64,000 nucleotides of DNA from a bacterium (GCA_003252295.1 QKEV01000007.1:80139-144138), one strand, 5' to 3'. Positions 27,682 through 39,008 are shown, counted from the first letter of the stretch. Numbers and translations are program-made. The notes: a model not told the origin generated them from the sequence alone.

Positions 27682-28572
27682 TCACTCCTCAACGTTATCA
27701 CCGAAATATCTCACAAATGCTTTATTTCCAAAACGCAGATCTATGTACTCGACATCTTTTTCAGCATCAATAGAGTCTGAGCCAAGCAAGGCAAACAATC
27801 GACGAGATATAACCTCGACATCTTCTTCACGTGGTATGAGCAACTTGTAACCGTTAGTGAGATACACCTCAACATCATGTTCATCCACAAACAGCATGGC
27901 ATGCGCTGGAAGGTTATTGTCATTCAGTATCTTGTTAAAGTACTGCCAACGTGTGAAGTTTTCAGTATCTATGTACTGCTGAGCTATTGGCTCTGCTTTT
28001 GTGAGTGACCCATAGTACCGTGGCAACACCGTCCCACTATACTGTGGTGCACGTGCGTAAATGTAACCAGTTTTATCAACAAGGTAGCAGGTACCCCAGA
28101 GATTGTCTGAAGTGTCATCAAGGTCAGATAGCTTTACGTATGCTATCGGTGGCACCACGTCGCCACACCACAACGCAGCAGGTGTTCGTTCATGTACAGC
28201 TACATGTAAGTTGTAGAAATCAGTTCGTGTAATAGCGACATCTTCTATTCTCGGGAATGCCTCTATGAGAGAAGCTTTCAAGTTTTTATGTGAAAAACGA
28301 AACACGGTGTCATGCGGAACAACTCCAAAAAAGGTCCCTGTGACACTTTCTGCAAGCGAGTTAGTAAGCATGTCCTGACCGATAATCCCATCAGTCTCAA
28401 TAGTGAGTTCTGTAAGTCGAAACACATCAAGATGGATAACATATACCATGAGTGCACAAAACAACGCTACACCTACGAGCATGGCACCACTTTTCAAGGC
28501 AACACGAACACGTTCACGTTTTCTTGCTTGTTCTGTTCTAAACTTGCGCTTGGCTATCATGTGGTGGTTCAA
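27682..28572 (-). CDS. ftsQ: Cell division protein FtsQ/DivIB-like (TM plus POTRA)
   Basis: Cytoplasmic basic N-terminus and a single TM. POTRA-like LTIETDG...PRIEDVAITRTDFYNLHVAVHERTPAALW matches the FtsQ V.R..P..L.V.V.ER.P.A.W pattern. Confidence 0.55.
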   Translation of the reverse strand: MNHHMIAKRKFRTEQARKRERVRVALKSGAMLVGVALFCALMVYVIHLDVFRLTELTIETDGIIGQDMLTNSLAESVTGTFFGVVPHDTVFRFSHKNLKASLIEAFPRIEDVAITRTDFYNLHVAVHERTPAALWCGDVVPPIAYVKLSDLDDTSDNLWGTCYLVDKTGYIYARAPQYSGTVLPRYYGSLTKAEPIAQQYIDTENFTRWQYFNKILNDNNLPAHAMLFVDEHDVEVYLTNGYKLLIPREEDVEVISRRLFALLGSDSIDAEKDVEYIDLRFGNKAFVRYFGDNVEE

Positions 28573-29833
28573 TACGATCTTTACCCATGTACGGACGTAG
28601 TACCTCAGGTATCACTATTGAGCCATCAGCTTGCTGATAGTTCTCTACGATCGGTACGAGCGCTCTTGGTGTCGCCAAGGCGGTATTGTTCAAAGAATGG
28701 ACAAACTGCATACGACCATTGTCATCTTTGTAGCGTATATTGAGTCTCCTTGTCTGGAAATCATGGAAGTATGATGCTGAATGAGTCTCTCGATACTTTC
28801 CCTCAGATGGCACCCACGCCTCAATATCATACTTCTTTACCTGACCAAGTCCGATATCGCCACCACAATTCACAACTACATGGTACGGTATCCCAAGTGC
28901 TTGCATGAGCTTCTCTGAGTTTTGTGTGATCTCTTCATGGAACTTCACAGACTCCTCGTGGTTTGCCTCACAGAGCACCACCTGCTCGATCTTGAAGAAC
29001 TCATGTACACGGATAAGACCCTTCGTGTCTTTTCCATGACTTCCAGCTTCTCTTCGGAAGCAAGGTGAAAATGCAATAAACTTCATTGGTAAGTCCTTCT
29101 TCTCAACTACCTCATCCATAAAGTAACTCATCATGGCAACTTCAGCGGTACCTGCAAGGAAATCACCATCCTGTGTCTTATAAAGGTCTTCCTCAGACTG
29201 CGGCAAGTAGCCGGTACCCATAAATGGCTCACGTCGCACCATACTTGGTACGAGCATTTCCTTGTACTCTGGGTGCTCCTTTGCAAACGTGTCAAACACA
29301 AACTGCCAAAGTGCAAATGAAAGCTTCAGGCCATCACCAGTGAGGTAGTATCCGCGAAATCCTGATGTCTTAGTACCGCGCTCAAGGTCAATCATACCTA
29401 GGTTCTGCATGAGCTCTATATGACTCTTTGGTTCAAAATCAAACTTGGTAACTTCACCTACAACGCGCACCTCCTGGTTATCTGCATCACTCTCTCCCTC
29501 AGGCACCGTCATGTCAGGTATGTTTGGTACATGAAGCATCAAGAGCTGCCACTGCTTAATAGTACGCTTCAGGTCAGCTTCGTCCTTTTGTAAACCGTCC
29601 TTTAGGGTTTTCATCTCTGCAATCATTTTTTCACGTTCATCCGACGACGAAGCCTGTGCTATTTTTGTGCTCATCTCATTTTGGGATGCGCGCTTCTCAT
29701 CAAAGGCTTGCTGGAGCTTTTTACGCTTGTCGTCAAGACGCATGAGCTTATCGAGGTCAACATCGATATGCTTTTTCTTGGCGGCAGCTTTCACGAGGCT
29801 CAGATTTTCTCGTATGAACTTAATATCTAACAT
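28538..29833 (-). CDS. serS: Seryl-tRNA synthetase
   Basis: The MLDIKFIRENLSLV start, N-terminal coiled-coil, class II aaRS core and 431-aa length are all typical of SerRS. Confidence 0.9.
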   Translation of the reverse strand: MLDIKFIRENLSLVKAAAKKKHIDVDLDKLMRLDDKRKKLQQAFDEKRASQNEMSTKIAQASSSDEREKMIAEMKTLKDGLQKDEADLKRTIKQWQLLMLHVPNIPDMTVPEGESDADNQEVRVVGEVTKFDFEPKSHIELMQNLGMIDLERGTKTSGFRGYYLTGDGLKLSFALWQFVFDTFAKEHPEYKEMLVPSMVRREPFMGTGYLPQSEEDLYKTQDGDFLAGTAEVAMMSYFMDEVVEKKDLPMKFIAFSPCFRREAGSHGKDTKGLIRVHEFFKIEQVVLCEANHEESVKFHEEITQNSEKLMQALGIPYHVVVNCGGDIGLGQVKKYDIEAWVPSEGKYRETHSASYFHDFQTRRLNIRYKDDNGRMQFVHSLNNTALATPRALVPIVENYQQADGSIVIPEVLRPYMGKDRIEPPHDSQAQV

Positions 29834-29988
29834 ACTCCCTAATTAACTCCGTACGTAACTACGGAGCACTTGTAATGTATTTTAGTGTAGCATGTTAGCG
29901 CCCTTTTGCCAGAATTACGTACCTATTGACTAGGCAACCATTGTGTTCTATAAAATACATAGAGGGTACATTATTCAAAACAATATAG

Positions 29989-30420
29989 ATGGAGGTTGCT
30001 ATGGAAACAAACACGTACATGATACAAGTCAATTTGGAGGTCAATCCTGATACAGAAAACGTACTCACCTTCTCTCACAAGGGTATCGAATTTGGGAGGC
30101 ATGCGCACCAGGAACTTACGTGGTTAGAAGGAGAGACATGTTCAATAGCCATAACATCTATTGTCTGGAAGGATTTTATTAAAAAGACAAATCTTGCCGA
30201 CCTGTTTAAACCTTTACGAGGAAAATTGTCTTCAACATTCATGCGTGCAATGTACGATTACAAGGAACATCTACCTATGCTCGATTGTGATTTAGTTACA
30301 AACTATTGGCGATTCTTTCCTGCAGCAGAACCAGATGACATCATGCTGTGGGCAATAACCAAAGTTGATGACGCTGTGTTCAGAAGCAAAAAAAGGTCGG
30401 ACTTTATAGTCACCAACTAG
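29989..30420 (+). CDS. Hypothetical protein. Likely start ATG 30001, preceded by GGAGG.
   Basis: ORF with canonical SD GATGGAGGTTGCT-ATG. No motif recognised. Confidence 0.4.
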   Translation: MEVAMETNTYMIQVNLEVNPDTENVLTFSHKGIEFGRHAHQELTWLEGETCSIAITSIVWKDFIKKTNLADLFKPLRGKLSSTFMRAMYDYKEHLPMLDCDLVTNYWRFFPAAEPDDIMLWAITKVDDAVFRSKKRSDFIVTN

Positions 30421-30553
30421 ACCACCTGCGCCGTACTTCACTGTTGTGATGTGCGGCGCTTTACCATATACCTCAAGTATCTTCGTAATTGACTTACATA
30501 CAAGAGATTGTACACTTCGTAGAGATAAACAATTACTCACGGAGGGAAGAGAA

Positions 30554-30976
30554 ATGAACGATGTTAATACATACTACATTGAAGGAGAAATTGTCTACGA
30601 AAAACAAAAAGACCTTACCTTGAAAGCAAGACGATCACTCGCTTTTTACTATAGAAAAAGCAAGGGTGAAAAAAAAGAGATCTTTAGAAACAAAAACCTG
30701 ATTTTACAGTTTATTCTTGGTTCAACGGTAGTAAGGGTGTTATATAAGATTCTCTGGAATGAGGTAATTGATTTTACAAGTATCGACCCCAAGCTTTTAG
30801 ATAAAACAGGAGAAAGTTTGTGGTACGCACTAGGAGAATACAAGGATGGACGCCAAAAAAAACTAGAGGAATGGTATTTTGTGCCAGATGACACAACGAG
30901 TGAGAATCCTATGCTTTGGATGCTTACAAATTTGGAGGAAACAGGTAGAATTCCAGAGAACATAGTTACTGAGTAG
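30554..30976 (+). CDS. Hypothetical protein. The ORF table starts at 30446, and the SD-supported start is ATG 30554.
   Basis: ACGGAGGGAAGAGAA-ATG (MNDVNTYYIEGE...). No motif recognised. Confidence 0.4.
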   Translation: MNDVNTYYIEGEIVYEKQKDLTLKARRSLAFYYRKSKGEKKEIFRNKNLILQFILGSTVVRVLYKILWNEVIDFTSIDPKLLDKTGESLWYALGEYKDGRQKKLEEWYFVPDDTTSENPMLWMLTNLEETGRIPENIVTE

Positions 30977-30995
30977 TTCTTCCCTACACCGCATA

Positions 30996-31910
30996 ATGAA
31001 AAACATTGTGCGGTGTAATCTTTCTACACACGCATGCTACTATTACTGCATGGACAAGTATGATATCAAATCACTCACGATCCCTGCACCTTTAACAGAA
31101 ATACCTGATCCACCAAAACAGCTTTTTATTCGCGGCACCTATCCTAAAGGTACTGAACTAAAGTTCCTTACTGTTGTTGGAGCACGCAAGTACACTCCAT
31201 ATGGTAAGCAGGTCTGCGAACATCTCATTCATGAACTGAAAGGATACCCTGTTGTTATCATTTCCGGACTTGCACTCGGCATTGATGGCGTGGCACACAG
31301 AGCGGCACTCGATGCGGGACTCACCACCATAGCAGTACCTGGTTCAGGACTTTCTGACACTGTACTGTACCCACGAACACATCTGCAACTTGCTCACGAC
31401 ATATTGGAACACAATGGTGCACTCATTTCTGAATTTGAACCTGACTGGAAACCACGTCCAGAGAGCTTTCCACAGAGAAATCGCATCATGGCAGGTATGA
31501 GTGATGCTGTGCTCGTCGTAGAGGCGGAACTTCGCTCAGGTACACTTATTACTTCACGACTTGCCACTGAATATAACCGTGATGTACTCGCGATTCCGGG
31601 ACCTGTTCACTCTGAGACATCGAAAGGTCCACACATGCTCATACAAAAAGGTGCTGCTCTTATTACTTCAGGTACTGACATTCTTGAGACACTTGGTATT
31701 GATGCTAAAAAAGAAAAAAATAGCAATTTAGAAATCATGCTTTCATTAAAAGAGCAACGGGTAAAGGACTTTCTTACACACCCCCTACAACGAGACGAAC
31801 TTATTCAAAAACTTTCTCTTCCTGTTTCTGAAGCAAATATCCTACTCTCTGGTCTTGAACTCAAGGGTTACCTTAGAGAAGTACTTGGAAGTATCGAATG
31901 GATACAGTAA
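30996..31910 (+). CDS. dprA: DNA processing protein DprA (Smf)
   Basis: VVGARKYTPYG...VVIISGLALGIDGVAHRAAL...TIAVPGSGL...FPQRNRIMAGMSDAVLVVEA...SGTLITSRLA...VLAIPG are DprA Rossmann-fold signature blocks. The probable start is ATG 31050, 6 nt after TACTAT. Confidence 0.85.
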   Translation: MKNIVRCNLSTHACYYYCMDKYDIKSLTIPAPLTEIPDPPKQLFIRGTYPKGTELKFLTVVGARKYTPYGKQVCEHLIHELKGYPVVIISGLALGIDGVAHRAALDAGLTTIAVPGSGLSDTVLYPRTHLQLAHDILEHNGALISEFEPDWKPRPESFPQRNRIMAGMSDAVLVVEAELRSGTLITSRLATEYNRDVLAIPGPVHSETSKGPHMLIQKGAALITSGTDILETLGIDAKKEKNSNLEIMLSLKEQRVKDFLTHPLQRDELIQKLSLPVSEANILLSGLELKGYLREVLGSIEWIQ

Positions 31911-31965
31911 TACAAAACAACCCCACGCTAGGGGTTGTTTTGTATAAGACTGATTTATGTATTGC

Positions 31966-34900
31966 TTATCGTTTGTAGCCACCGTCAGAAGCTGTCGCCC
32001 TCGGAGTATCTCCAGTACGAGCATCTTCATACTCATCACCAGCATAGAGTGCCTGCTTTGCCTCCTGTTCTTTACGTAGTTCTTCCTGTAGTTCTGTGAC
32101 ACGTTCAAACTTCTTTGAGCCCTTGTAGCCGGTACCAGCAGGGATGATGCGACCAATAATCACATTTTCCTTCAAACCACGAAGTGGGTCTGTGGTACCT
32201 CGTACCGCATTGTTAATAAGAACTCGTGTTGTGTTCTGGAAGCTAGAAGATGATAACCAGCTTTTTCGTGTAAGTGAGACCTCCATGATTCCACAAAGGT
32301 ATGCATCACCAATCGCTTCTTCCTTACCTTCCTCTCGTGCCTTTTCGTTTGCCTCTAGAAGTTCCCAAACTTCAACAACATCACCGACAGCGAGGTGCGT
32401 ATCACCACCATATTTTATCTTACGTCGTGAGAACATCTGACGAATAATAACCTCCATATGCTTTCGGCTAATGCTCACACCCTGTAGTTCGTATATCTTA
32501 CTGGTTGCTGCAATAATGTACTCCTGAGTACGTTCACGTCCACCATACTTGTAGAGTTCGGTAAGGTCAGCTGATCCATCAGTAAGGAAATCTCCCTTTG
32601 TGACACGTTGCCCCTCCTTTACCACAAGTACACGTGGATGATACACAACAAACTCAACATTCTTATCTTTCTTCTTGAGCTGACCTTCATCTGCAAGTAC
32701 GTGCACAATCTTTTGTGAACCAGTATCATTGATTTCAGTAATAAGTCCACTCACGCTTGCAATGACTGCAGGACTCTTCGGACTACGTCGTTCAAACACC
32801 TCTTCCACACGAGGAAGACCTTGCACCACGTCACCTCCGGCTGCTGCCGCACCTCCAGCATGCTTCGTATTCATGGTGAGCTGTGTTCCTGGTTCACCAA
32901 TAGCCTGTGCCGCAACGGTTCCAACTGCTTCACCAAGATCAACGATCTGCCAAGTGGTTACATCAGCACCATAACAGTGTTGACAAATACCATGATGTAA
33001 CTCACAGGTAAGTGGTGAGCGTACCCATACTTCTTCTGCAGTACTTGCTGCGATAGTTTTCGCTTCTTCACGGTTGAGGAAAGTACCCTTCTTCATTATT
33101 ACGTTACCATCAGCGTCATTGACATCCTTTGCAAGGAAGCGACCACGTATACCCTTCGTAATATCAGTTTCAACACCGAGTGCATTCACACGAGTTATCT
33201 TAACGCCGTCCTTTGTTCCACAATCATTATCAGTAATGATAGAATCCTGTGCTACATCAAAGAGTTTTCGTGTAAGGTATCCTGCACGTGCAGTGTTAAG
33301 TGCTGTATCAGCAAGACCAGAACGTGAACCATGTGTCGTCGTAAAGTACTCAATAGGAGTAAGACCTTCTTTGTATGATGCAATAATCGGGAACTCAATA
33401 GTCTCACGCTGCGTGTTCTGAATAAGACCTTTCATACCTGACATCTGTGTAAGCTGCCCCATAGAACCTCGGGCTCCTGAGATCACAAGGTCATGTACTG
33501 GCCCTTCAGGATCGATAGTGTTAGGAATTGCTTCCTCAACATCACTCTTTGCCTTGTGCCACACCTCAATAACAAGACGTCGTTTTTCATCACGTGATAA
33601 CAGACCATCCTTATACTGCTGGTTTATTGTTGCAACCTGTTCACGTGCAGCCTTGATAATACCTTCCTTCTCTGGTGGTGTCTGAATGTCATCGAGTGAC
33701 CAGGTAACACCACTACGAGTAGCGTACTCAAATCCAAAGTTTTTGATCTTATCAACAATTCCTGGTACACGCTCAAGTGAGTAGTGGTCAATGAGTCTGT
33801 TGATGAGCTTCACGAGTGAACTCTTCTTCATGGTCTCGTTGAGGAATGGGTAGTCAGATGGAAGTACTGAGTTAAAGAGGAGTCGTCCTACAGTTGTCTC
33901 AAACACCTTACCTTCAAACTCTTGGTACTTCTGTGAATCAGTTGCAAGCACTTTGATCTTTGCGCGGAAATCTACAACACCGTAATCATAAGCACTAATC
34001 GCTTCGTTTGGACTTGCAAAGTAACGTCCTTCTCCCTTTGCACTCTCAATATCTTTGGTCATCCAGTAACATCCGAGCACGATATCTTGTGTCATAGCAA
34101 CTACTGGCTCACCATTACCTGGCTTCAAGATGTTCTTGTTAGCACTCATGAACATAGCTGCCTCGAGCTGCGCCTCACGTGAAAGTGGCACATGTACTGC
34201 CATTTGGTCACCATCAAAGTCTGCATTAAAAGCAGGACAAACGAGCGGATGAATACGGATAGCGTTACCCTCGATCAAGACTGGTCGAAATGCCTGAATT
34301 CCAAGACGATGAAGTGTCGGTGCACGGTTCAAAAGTACGTGCTTGTCTTTTGTTACCTCCTCAAGAATACCCCACACTTCTGGTGTTGCCTCTTCAATGA
34401 GACGGCCTGCACCACGAATGTTGTATGCGAGTTCTCGTTCGAGTAGTTTTGCAATAATGAATGGTCGGAACAACTCAAGTGCCATATGCTTTGGTAGACC
34501 ACATTGGTCAAGCTTGAGTTCAGGACCAACCACGATCACGCTACGTCCTGAGTAATCAACACGCTTTCCGAGAAGGTTCTGACGGAAGTACCCTTGCTTT
34601 CCCTTAAGGTAATCAGAGAGTGACTTGAGTGGACGTCGTTGTGATATATTCATTGCTCCACTAGAGTTTCCTCGTCGAATAGAGTTATCCATGAGCGCAT
34701 CGACTGCTTCCTGTAGGATTCGTTTTTCATTTCGAAGAATAACCTCAGGTGCCTGAATGTCGATAAGCTTCTTGAGACGGTTGTTTCGGTTAATGACACG
34801 TCGGTAGAGATCGTTCACATCTGAGCTCGCATGTCGTCCACCCTCTAGCGGTACCATTGGTCGAAGTGCAGGAGGAGATACTGGGAGTATAGTAAGGAAC

Positions 34901-35715
34901 ATGTTCTCTGGTCGTTGATTTGATCGAAGAAGTTGCTGTACAAGTGCAATACGCTTGTTGAGCTTTGTTTTTTCAGCAGCTCCAGCCTTCTCACGTGCCT
35001 CTATAAGTGTCTGAAGGAATTTCTCAAGATCAATCTCCTTAAAGAGGTTGTAAATTGCCTCAGCACCAATACCAGCCTCAAAGATGGTGCCGTAACGCAT
35101 TGAGTACACATGATAGGTCTCCTCATCGATAATAGTTCCCTGTGAGATGTTTGCTACCTCCGCCTTTACCTCGTTGAAGCGTTCCTTCAATCGTTTCTTT
35201 TCAGCATCATTACTTGCCGCTTTTGTTTTTGTTTTAAACTCAGTATCAATGTCTGCAAGAACGCGTGTGCGTTCTTTTTCATCAACTGAAGTTACTATGT
35301 AGCTTGCAAAGTACACCACCTTCTCAACCGATGCAGCTGAAATACCAAGTAGTGTTGCAATTCGAGATGGAATACCTCGTAAGAACCAGATGTGTGCTAC
35401 AGGACTTGCAAGTTCAATATGTCCACCACGTTCACGTCGTACAACGTTACGTGTAATCTCAACACCACATCGATCACAAACAATATTCTTGTATCGAATA
35501 CCTTTGTACTTACCACAGAAACACTCAAAGTCACGTGTTGGACCAAAGATCTTTTCGTCGAAAAGACCATTCTTCTCAGCACGCTGTGTTCGGTAGTTAA
35601 TCGTTTCTGGTTTTGTTACTTCTCCAAATGACCAATCTCGTATACGCTCCGGACTTGCTATCCGTATGGATACCGCATCGAAATGGTTTGAAGGATTGTA
35701 GTGATTTTCTTTCAT
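31966..35715 (-). CDS. rpoC: DNA-directed RNA polymerase subunit beta'
   Basis: 1249 aa. The Zn-binding N-terminus CFCGKYKGIRYKNIVCDRCGVE, NADFDGDQM catalytic Asp triad, trigger loop and bridge helix regions are present. Confidence 0.95.
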   Translation of the reverse strand: MKENHYNPSNHFDAVSIRIASPERIRDWSFGEVTKPETINYRTQRAEKNGLFDEKIFGPTRDFECFCGKYKGIRYKNIVCDRCGVEITRNVVRRERGGHIELASPVAHIWFLRGIPSRIATLLGISAASVEKVVYFASYIVTSVDEKERTRVLADIDTEFKTKTKAASNDAEKKRLKERFNEVKAEVANISQGTIIDEETYHVYSMRYGTIFEAGIGAEAIYNLFKEIDLEKFLQTLIEAREKAGAAEKTKLNKRIALVQQLLRSNQRPENMFLTILPVSPPALRPMVPLEGGRHASSDVNDLYRRVINRNNRLKKLIDIQAPEVILRNEKRILQEAVDALMDNSIRRGNSSGAMNISQRRPLKSLSDYLKGKQGYFRQNLLGKRVDYSGRSVIVVGPELKLDQCGLPKHMALELFRPFIIAKLLERELAYNIRGAGRLIEEATPEVWGILEEVTKDKHVLLNRAPTLHRLGIQAFRPVLIEGNAIRIHPLVCPAFNADFDGDQMAVHVPLSREAQLEAAMFMSANKNILKPGNGEPVVAMTQDIVLGCYWMTKDIESAKGEGRYFASPNEAISAYDYGVVDFRAKIKVLATDSQKYQEFEGKVFETTVGRLLFNSVLPSDYPFLNETMKKSSLVKLINRLIDHYSLERVPGIVDKIKNFGFEYATRSGVTWSLDDIQTPPEKEGIIKAAREQVATINQQYKDGLLSRDEKRRLVIEVWHKAKSDVEEAIPNTIDPEGPVHDLVISGARGSMGQLTQMSGMKGLIQNTQRETIEFPIIASYKEGLTPIEYFTTTHGSRSGLADTALNTARAGYLTRKLFDVAQDSIITDNDCGTKDGVKITRVNALGVETDITKGIRGRFLAKDVNDADGNVIMKKGTFLNREEAKTIAASTAEEVWVRSPLTCELHHGICQHCYGADVTTWQIVDLGEAVGTVAAQAIGEPGTQLTMNTKHAGGAAAAGGDVVQGLPRVEEVFERRSPKSPAVIASVSGLITEINDTGSQKIVHVLADEGQLKKKDKNVEFVVYHPRVLVVKEGQRVTKGDFLTDGSADLTELYKYGGRERTQEYIIAATSKIYELQGVSISRKHMEVIIRQMFSRRKIKYGGDTHLAVGDVVEVWELLEANEKAREEGKEEAIGDAYLCGIMEVSLTRKSWLSSSSFQNTTRVLINNAVRGTTDPLRGLKENVIIGRIIPAGTGYKGSKKFERVTELQEELRKEQEAKQALYAGDEYEDARTGDTPRATASDGGYKR

Positions 35716-35735
35716 GTTAGTTTCGCAGAGCGTAA

Positions 35736-38700
35736 TTAGTCGTTAGTAATATCCTTATTCTCCTCAAGTCGAACATCAAGTGCTAGTGCACGTAGATGAT
35801 GTGTGAGTACGTTAAATGCTGCTGGCGTGTTCGTATGGGTAATGAGACCATCGCGCACAATAGCATCAAATGCTGCTGATCGACCTTGTATATCGTCTGA
35901 TTTTACGGTGAGCACCTCACGAAGCGTGTATGCTGCTCCGTATCCAAGAAGTGCCCACACTTCCATCTCTCCAAATCGTTGTCCTCCGTTTTGTGCCTTA
36001 CCTCCAAGTGGCTGTTGTGTAATGAGTGAGTATGGACCAATAGAACGCATATGAATCTTGTCCTCAACCATATGATGCAGCTTCATGATGTACATGTAGC
36101 CAATAGCTACCTTCTGGTTGAAGTCTTCACCGGTGCGACCATCACGTAGCTGTACCTTTCCGTCTTCTGGGTAACCTGATGCTACGAGTTCTGACTTGAT
36201 TTCTTCTTCAGTTGCTCCTGCAAATGGAGGACACACTGCCTGGTAGCCAAGTGTGTGTGCTGCAAGGCCAAGATGTAGCTCAAGGATCTGTCCTAGGTTC
36301 ATACGACTCGGCACACCGAGTGGAGTCAAGATAACATCAATTGGTCGTCCATCCTCAAGGTACGGCATGTCCTCCTCAGGAAGAATACGTGAAATAACAC
36401 CCTTGTTTCCATGTCGTCCAGCAAGCTTGTCACCTACTGAAACACTTCGCACCTGTGCCATGGTCACCTGTACTTTCTTTAAAATACCTGATTCGAGTTG
36501 ATCACCTGCCTCACGTGAGAATATCTGTACACCAACAACTCGTCCTTGTTTTCCACCTTGAAGTCGCAAGCTGGTATCTTTCACATCCTTCGCCTTTTCA
36601 CCGAAGATACTTCGAAGCAGTCGCTCTTCTGGAGTCAACTGACTTTCACCCTTAGGAGTTACCTTACCAACAAGAATGTCACCTGTGCGAACCTCTGCAC
36701 CAATACGAACAATACCTTCCTCATCAAGATTTTTGAGTTTTGCTTCACCAACGTTCGGGATGTCATGTGTCGTTACCTCTGCACCAAGCTTGGTGTCACG
36801 AACAACACACTCAAACACCTCCATGTGAATAGAACTGAACTTAGCATTCTTTACGAGACGCTCTGAAAGAATGATTGCATCCTCGTAGTTTGCTCCTGCC
36901 CATGGCATGAATGCAACGAGTGCATTCTGTCCAAGTGCGAGCTGTCCCTCTACTGTTGAACTGGTATCAGCTAGGAGTTCACCCTTCTTTACCTTCTGAC
37001 CTACCTTCACAACCGGTCGTTGGAAGAAGCAGGACATGTCGTTCGTTCGTGAGAAATCAACAAGTGGGTACTCTATACTCTTTCCTTTCTTGTTCTTGAA
37101 CACAATATGCTTTGCATCAACTGCAGCAATCTCTCCTGCTTCTGGTGCGAGTATGAGACGTCCTGTGTCCTGTGCTGCTCGAGCCTCAATTCCTGTTCCC
37201 ACGAGTGGAATTTCAGGAACGAGACATGGAGTAGCTTGTTTCTGCATGTTTGATCCCATGAGTGCACGGTTAGCATCATCGTTCTCTAGGAACGGGATCA
37301 TGGTTGTTGCAACAGAGAATGGCTGCATGGTTGATACATCCATGTACTCTACGTCGTTACGTGATACCACTGTTGGTTCACCACTGTGACGTACCTCAAT
37401 CTGACTCTCAACGATCGTTTTTTTGTCATTGAGCTTTGTTGCAGCATGGGCAATGTATGCTTTCTCTTCTTCGAGTGCATTGAGGTACACAACCTCCTCA
37501 GTTACCCTACCTTTTTCAACCTTTAAGTATGGAGTCTGAATGAATCCAAAACGGTCAATAACACTAAAGTTTGCAAGGTGGAGAATGAGTCCGATGTTTG
37601 GACCTTCTGGTGTGTGAATAGGACATACACGTCCGTAGTGACTAGGATGTACATCACGTACTTCAAACCCTGCTCGTTCACGTGTTAGACCACCTGGGCC
37701 GAGTGCTGAAAGGGTTCGTAAGTGCTCAAGCTCTGTAAGCATGTTCTGCTGCTGCATGAACTGTGAGAGCTGGTTTGTGTTAAAGAATTCCTTTATTGCA
37801 GCCTGAAGTGGTCGTGGGTTGATGATGGTTACAGGTGAAGATGTCTCCGGCTCAATAGTACTCATACGATCCTGAATGTTTCGCTTCATGCGGCTCACAC
37901 CAACACGAATCTTCTGCATCATCATCTCACCAACAAAACGAACACGGCGGAAACCAAGGTGATCAATATCATCAGCGATTGCATTTGGATCTGCATTCAT
38001 CTCCATAACCTTCGTAAGGATAGTGATAAGGTCATCAAGAGTAATGGTACGTACCGCAATATCTTTTGGTGTCATACCCTTTCCAAAACGCTGATTGAAT
38101 CGATGGCGTCCTACCTCAGAAAGGTCATAACGTTCCTCACCGAGCACTGAAAGCACAAAGTCACGTGCGGTCTCAGGTGTTGCAATATCACCATCACGCA
38201 TACGTCGATACATTTCTATAAACGCATCCTCAGTTGTTTTTGCTGGATCTTTCTCTAGTGTTGTCTGTATCGTATCTTTTCCACCATCAACTGACTTAAA
38301 GAGATCGAGCATATCCTTATCAAAGGCTGCACCAAGGATACGTAGGAAGCTTGTTATTGGAAGCTTTCGTTTTCGGTCGATACGTACGTAAATTGCTCCA
38401 TCCGCCTCACTCTCGATTTCGATCCACACACCTCGTCCTGGAATAATCTTTGCACCAAAATAGGTTTTTCCTTTAAGAAGTTGGCTGGTGAAAAATACAC
38501 CTGAACTTCGTGCAAGCTGTGGTACAACAACGCGCTCGACACCATTAATAATAAAGGTGCCGTGGTCAGTCATCATTGGGAAATCAGCAAGAAAGATTTC
38601 CTGCTCGTTCTCTGTTCCAAGTGTCTTATTCTTAAGTTTTATCCTTGCCTTGATAGGAGCTTCGTATGTACGATTGTTCTTCTTTGCGTAGTATTCATCG

Positions 38701-38915
38701 TTTACTGGCTCACCGATCTCATATCCCTCAAAAGTGAGGTCAAATTTCTTCTCACCGTAATCGCGGATTGGTGAGAACTCTTTAAAGACTTCGCTGATAC
38801 CATCCTCAACGAGCCATTTGAAACTGGTGAGCTGGTGCTCAACCAAGTTTGGCAGATCCTGGTCTGCTGGACGATACCTACTGAAGGTCTTTTGTGTAGT
38901 GGTACTGGTTGACAT
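35736..38915 (-). CDS. rpoB: DNA-directed RNA polymerase subunit beta
   Basis: 1059 aa. Conserved beta-subunit blocks are present (GRHGNKGV, LGGKAQNGGQRFGEME). It lies directly upstream of rpoC. Confidence 0.95.
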   Translation of the reverse strand: MSTSTTTQKTFSRYRPADQDLPNLVEHQLTSFKWLVEDGISEVFKEFSPIRDYGEKKFDLTFEGYEIGEPVNDEYYAKKNNRTYEAPIKARIKLKNKTLGTENEQEIFLADFPMMTDHGTFIINGVERVVVPQLARSSGVFFTSQLLKGKTYFGAKIIPGRGVWIEIESEADGAIYVRIDRKRKLPITSFLRILGAAFDKDMLDLFKSVDGGKDTIQTTLEKDPAKTTEDAFIEMYRRMRDGDIATPETARDFVLSVLGEERYDLSEVGRHRFNQRFGKGMTPKDIAVRTITLDDLITILTKVMEMNADPNAIADDIDHLGFRRVRFVGEMMMQKIRVGVSRMKRNIQDRMSTIEPETSSPVTIINPRPLQAAIKEFFNTNQLSQFMQQQNMLTELEHLRTLSALGPGGLTRERAGFEVRDVHPSHYGRVCPIHTPEGPNIGLILHLANFSVIDRFGFIQTPYLKVEKGRVTEEVVYLNALEEEKAYIAHAATKLNDKKTIVESQIEVRHSGEPTVVSRNDVEYMDVSTMQPFSVATTMIPFLENDDANRALMGSNMQKQATPCLVPEIPLVGTGIEARAAQDTGRLILAPEAGEIAAVDAKHIVFKNKKGKSIEYPLVDFSRTNDMSCFFQRPVVKVGQKVKKGELLADTSSTVEGQLALGQNALVAFMPWAGANYEDAIILSERLVKNAKFSSIHMEVFECVVRDTKLGAEVTTHDIPNVGEAKLKNLDEEGIVRIGAEVRTGDILVGKVTPKGESQLTPEERLLRSIFGEKAKDVKDTSLRLQGGKQGRVVGVQIFSREAGDQLESGILKKVQVTMAQVRSVSVGDKLAGRHGNKGVISRILPEEDMPYLEDGRPIDVILTPLGVPSRMNLGQILELHLGLAAHTLGYQAVCPPFAGATEEEIKSELVASGYPEDGKVQLRDGRTGEDFNQKVAIGYMYIMKLHHMVEDKIHMRSIGPYSLITQQPLGGKAQNGGQRFGEMEVWALLGYGAAYTLREVLTVKSDDIQGRSAAFDAIVRDGLITHTNTPAAFNVLTHHLRALALDVRLEENKDITND

Positions 38916-38987
38916 ATGTATATGGTTAATAATTTTGTATTGATACTCTATTTACATACTGCGAGTAGTTGGCAAGGTCCAGACAGA

Positions 38988-39008
38988 GCAAAAACCCTCA
39001 TAGAGGGC
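38988..39008 (-). terminator. Rho-independent terminator of the rpsP-KH-trmD operon
   Basis: Minus-strand gcgccctc-tat-gagggttttt. Confidence 0.6.

Noticed and set aside
31966-38915. Numerous 60-120-aa ORFs on both strands inside rpoB, rpoC, dnaE, gyrB and others
   Set aside because: They are fully nested in long, well-supported genes and show compositional bias, so I treated them as spurious.
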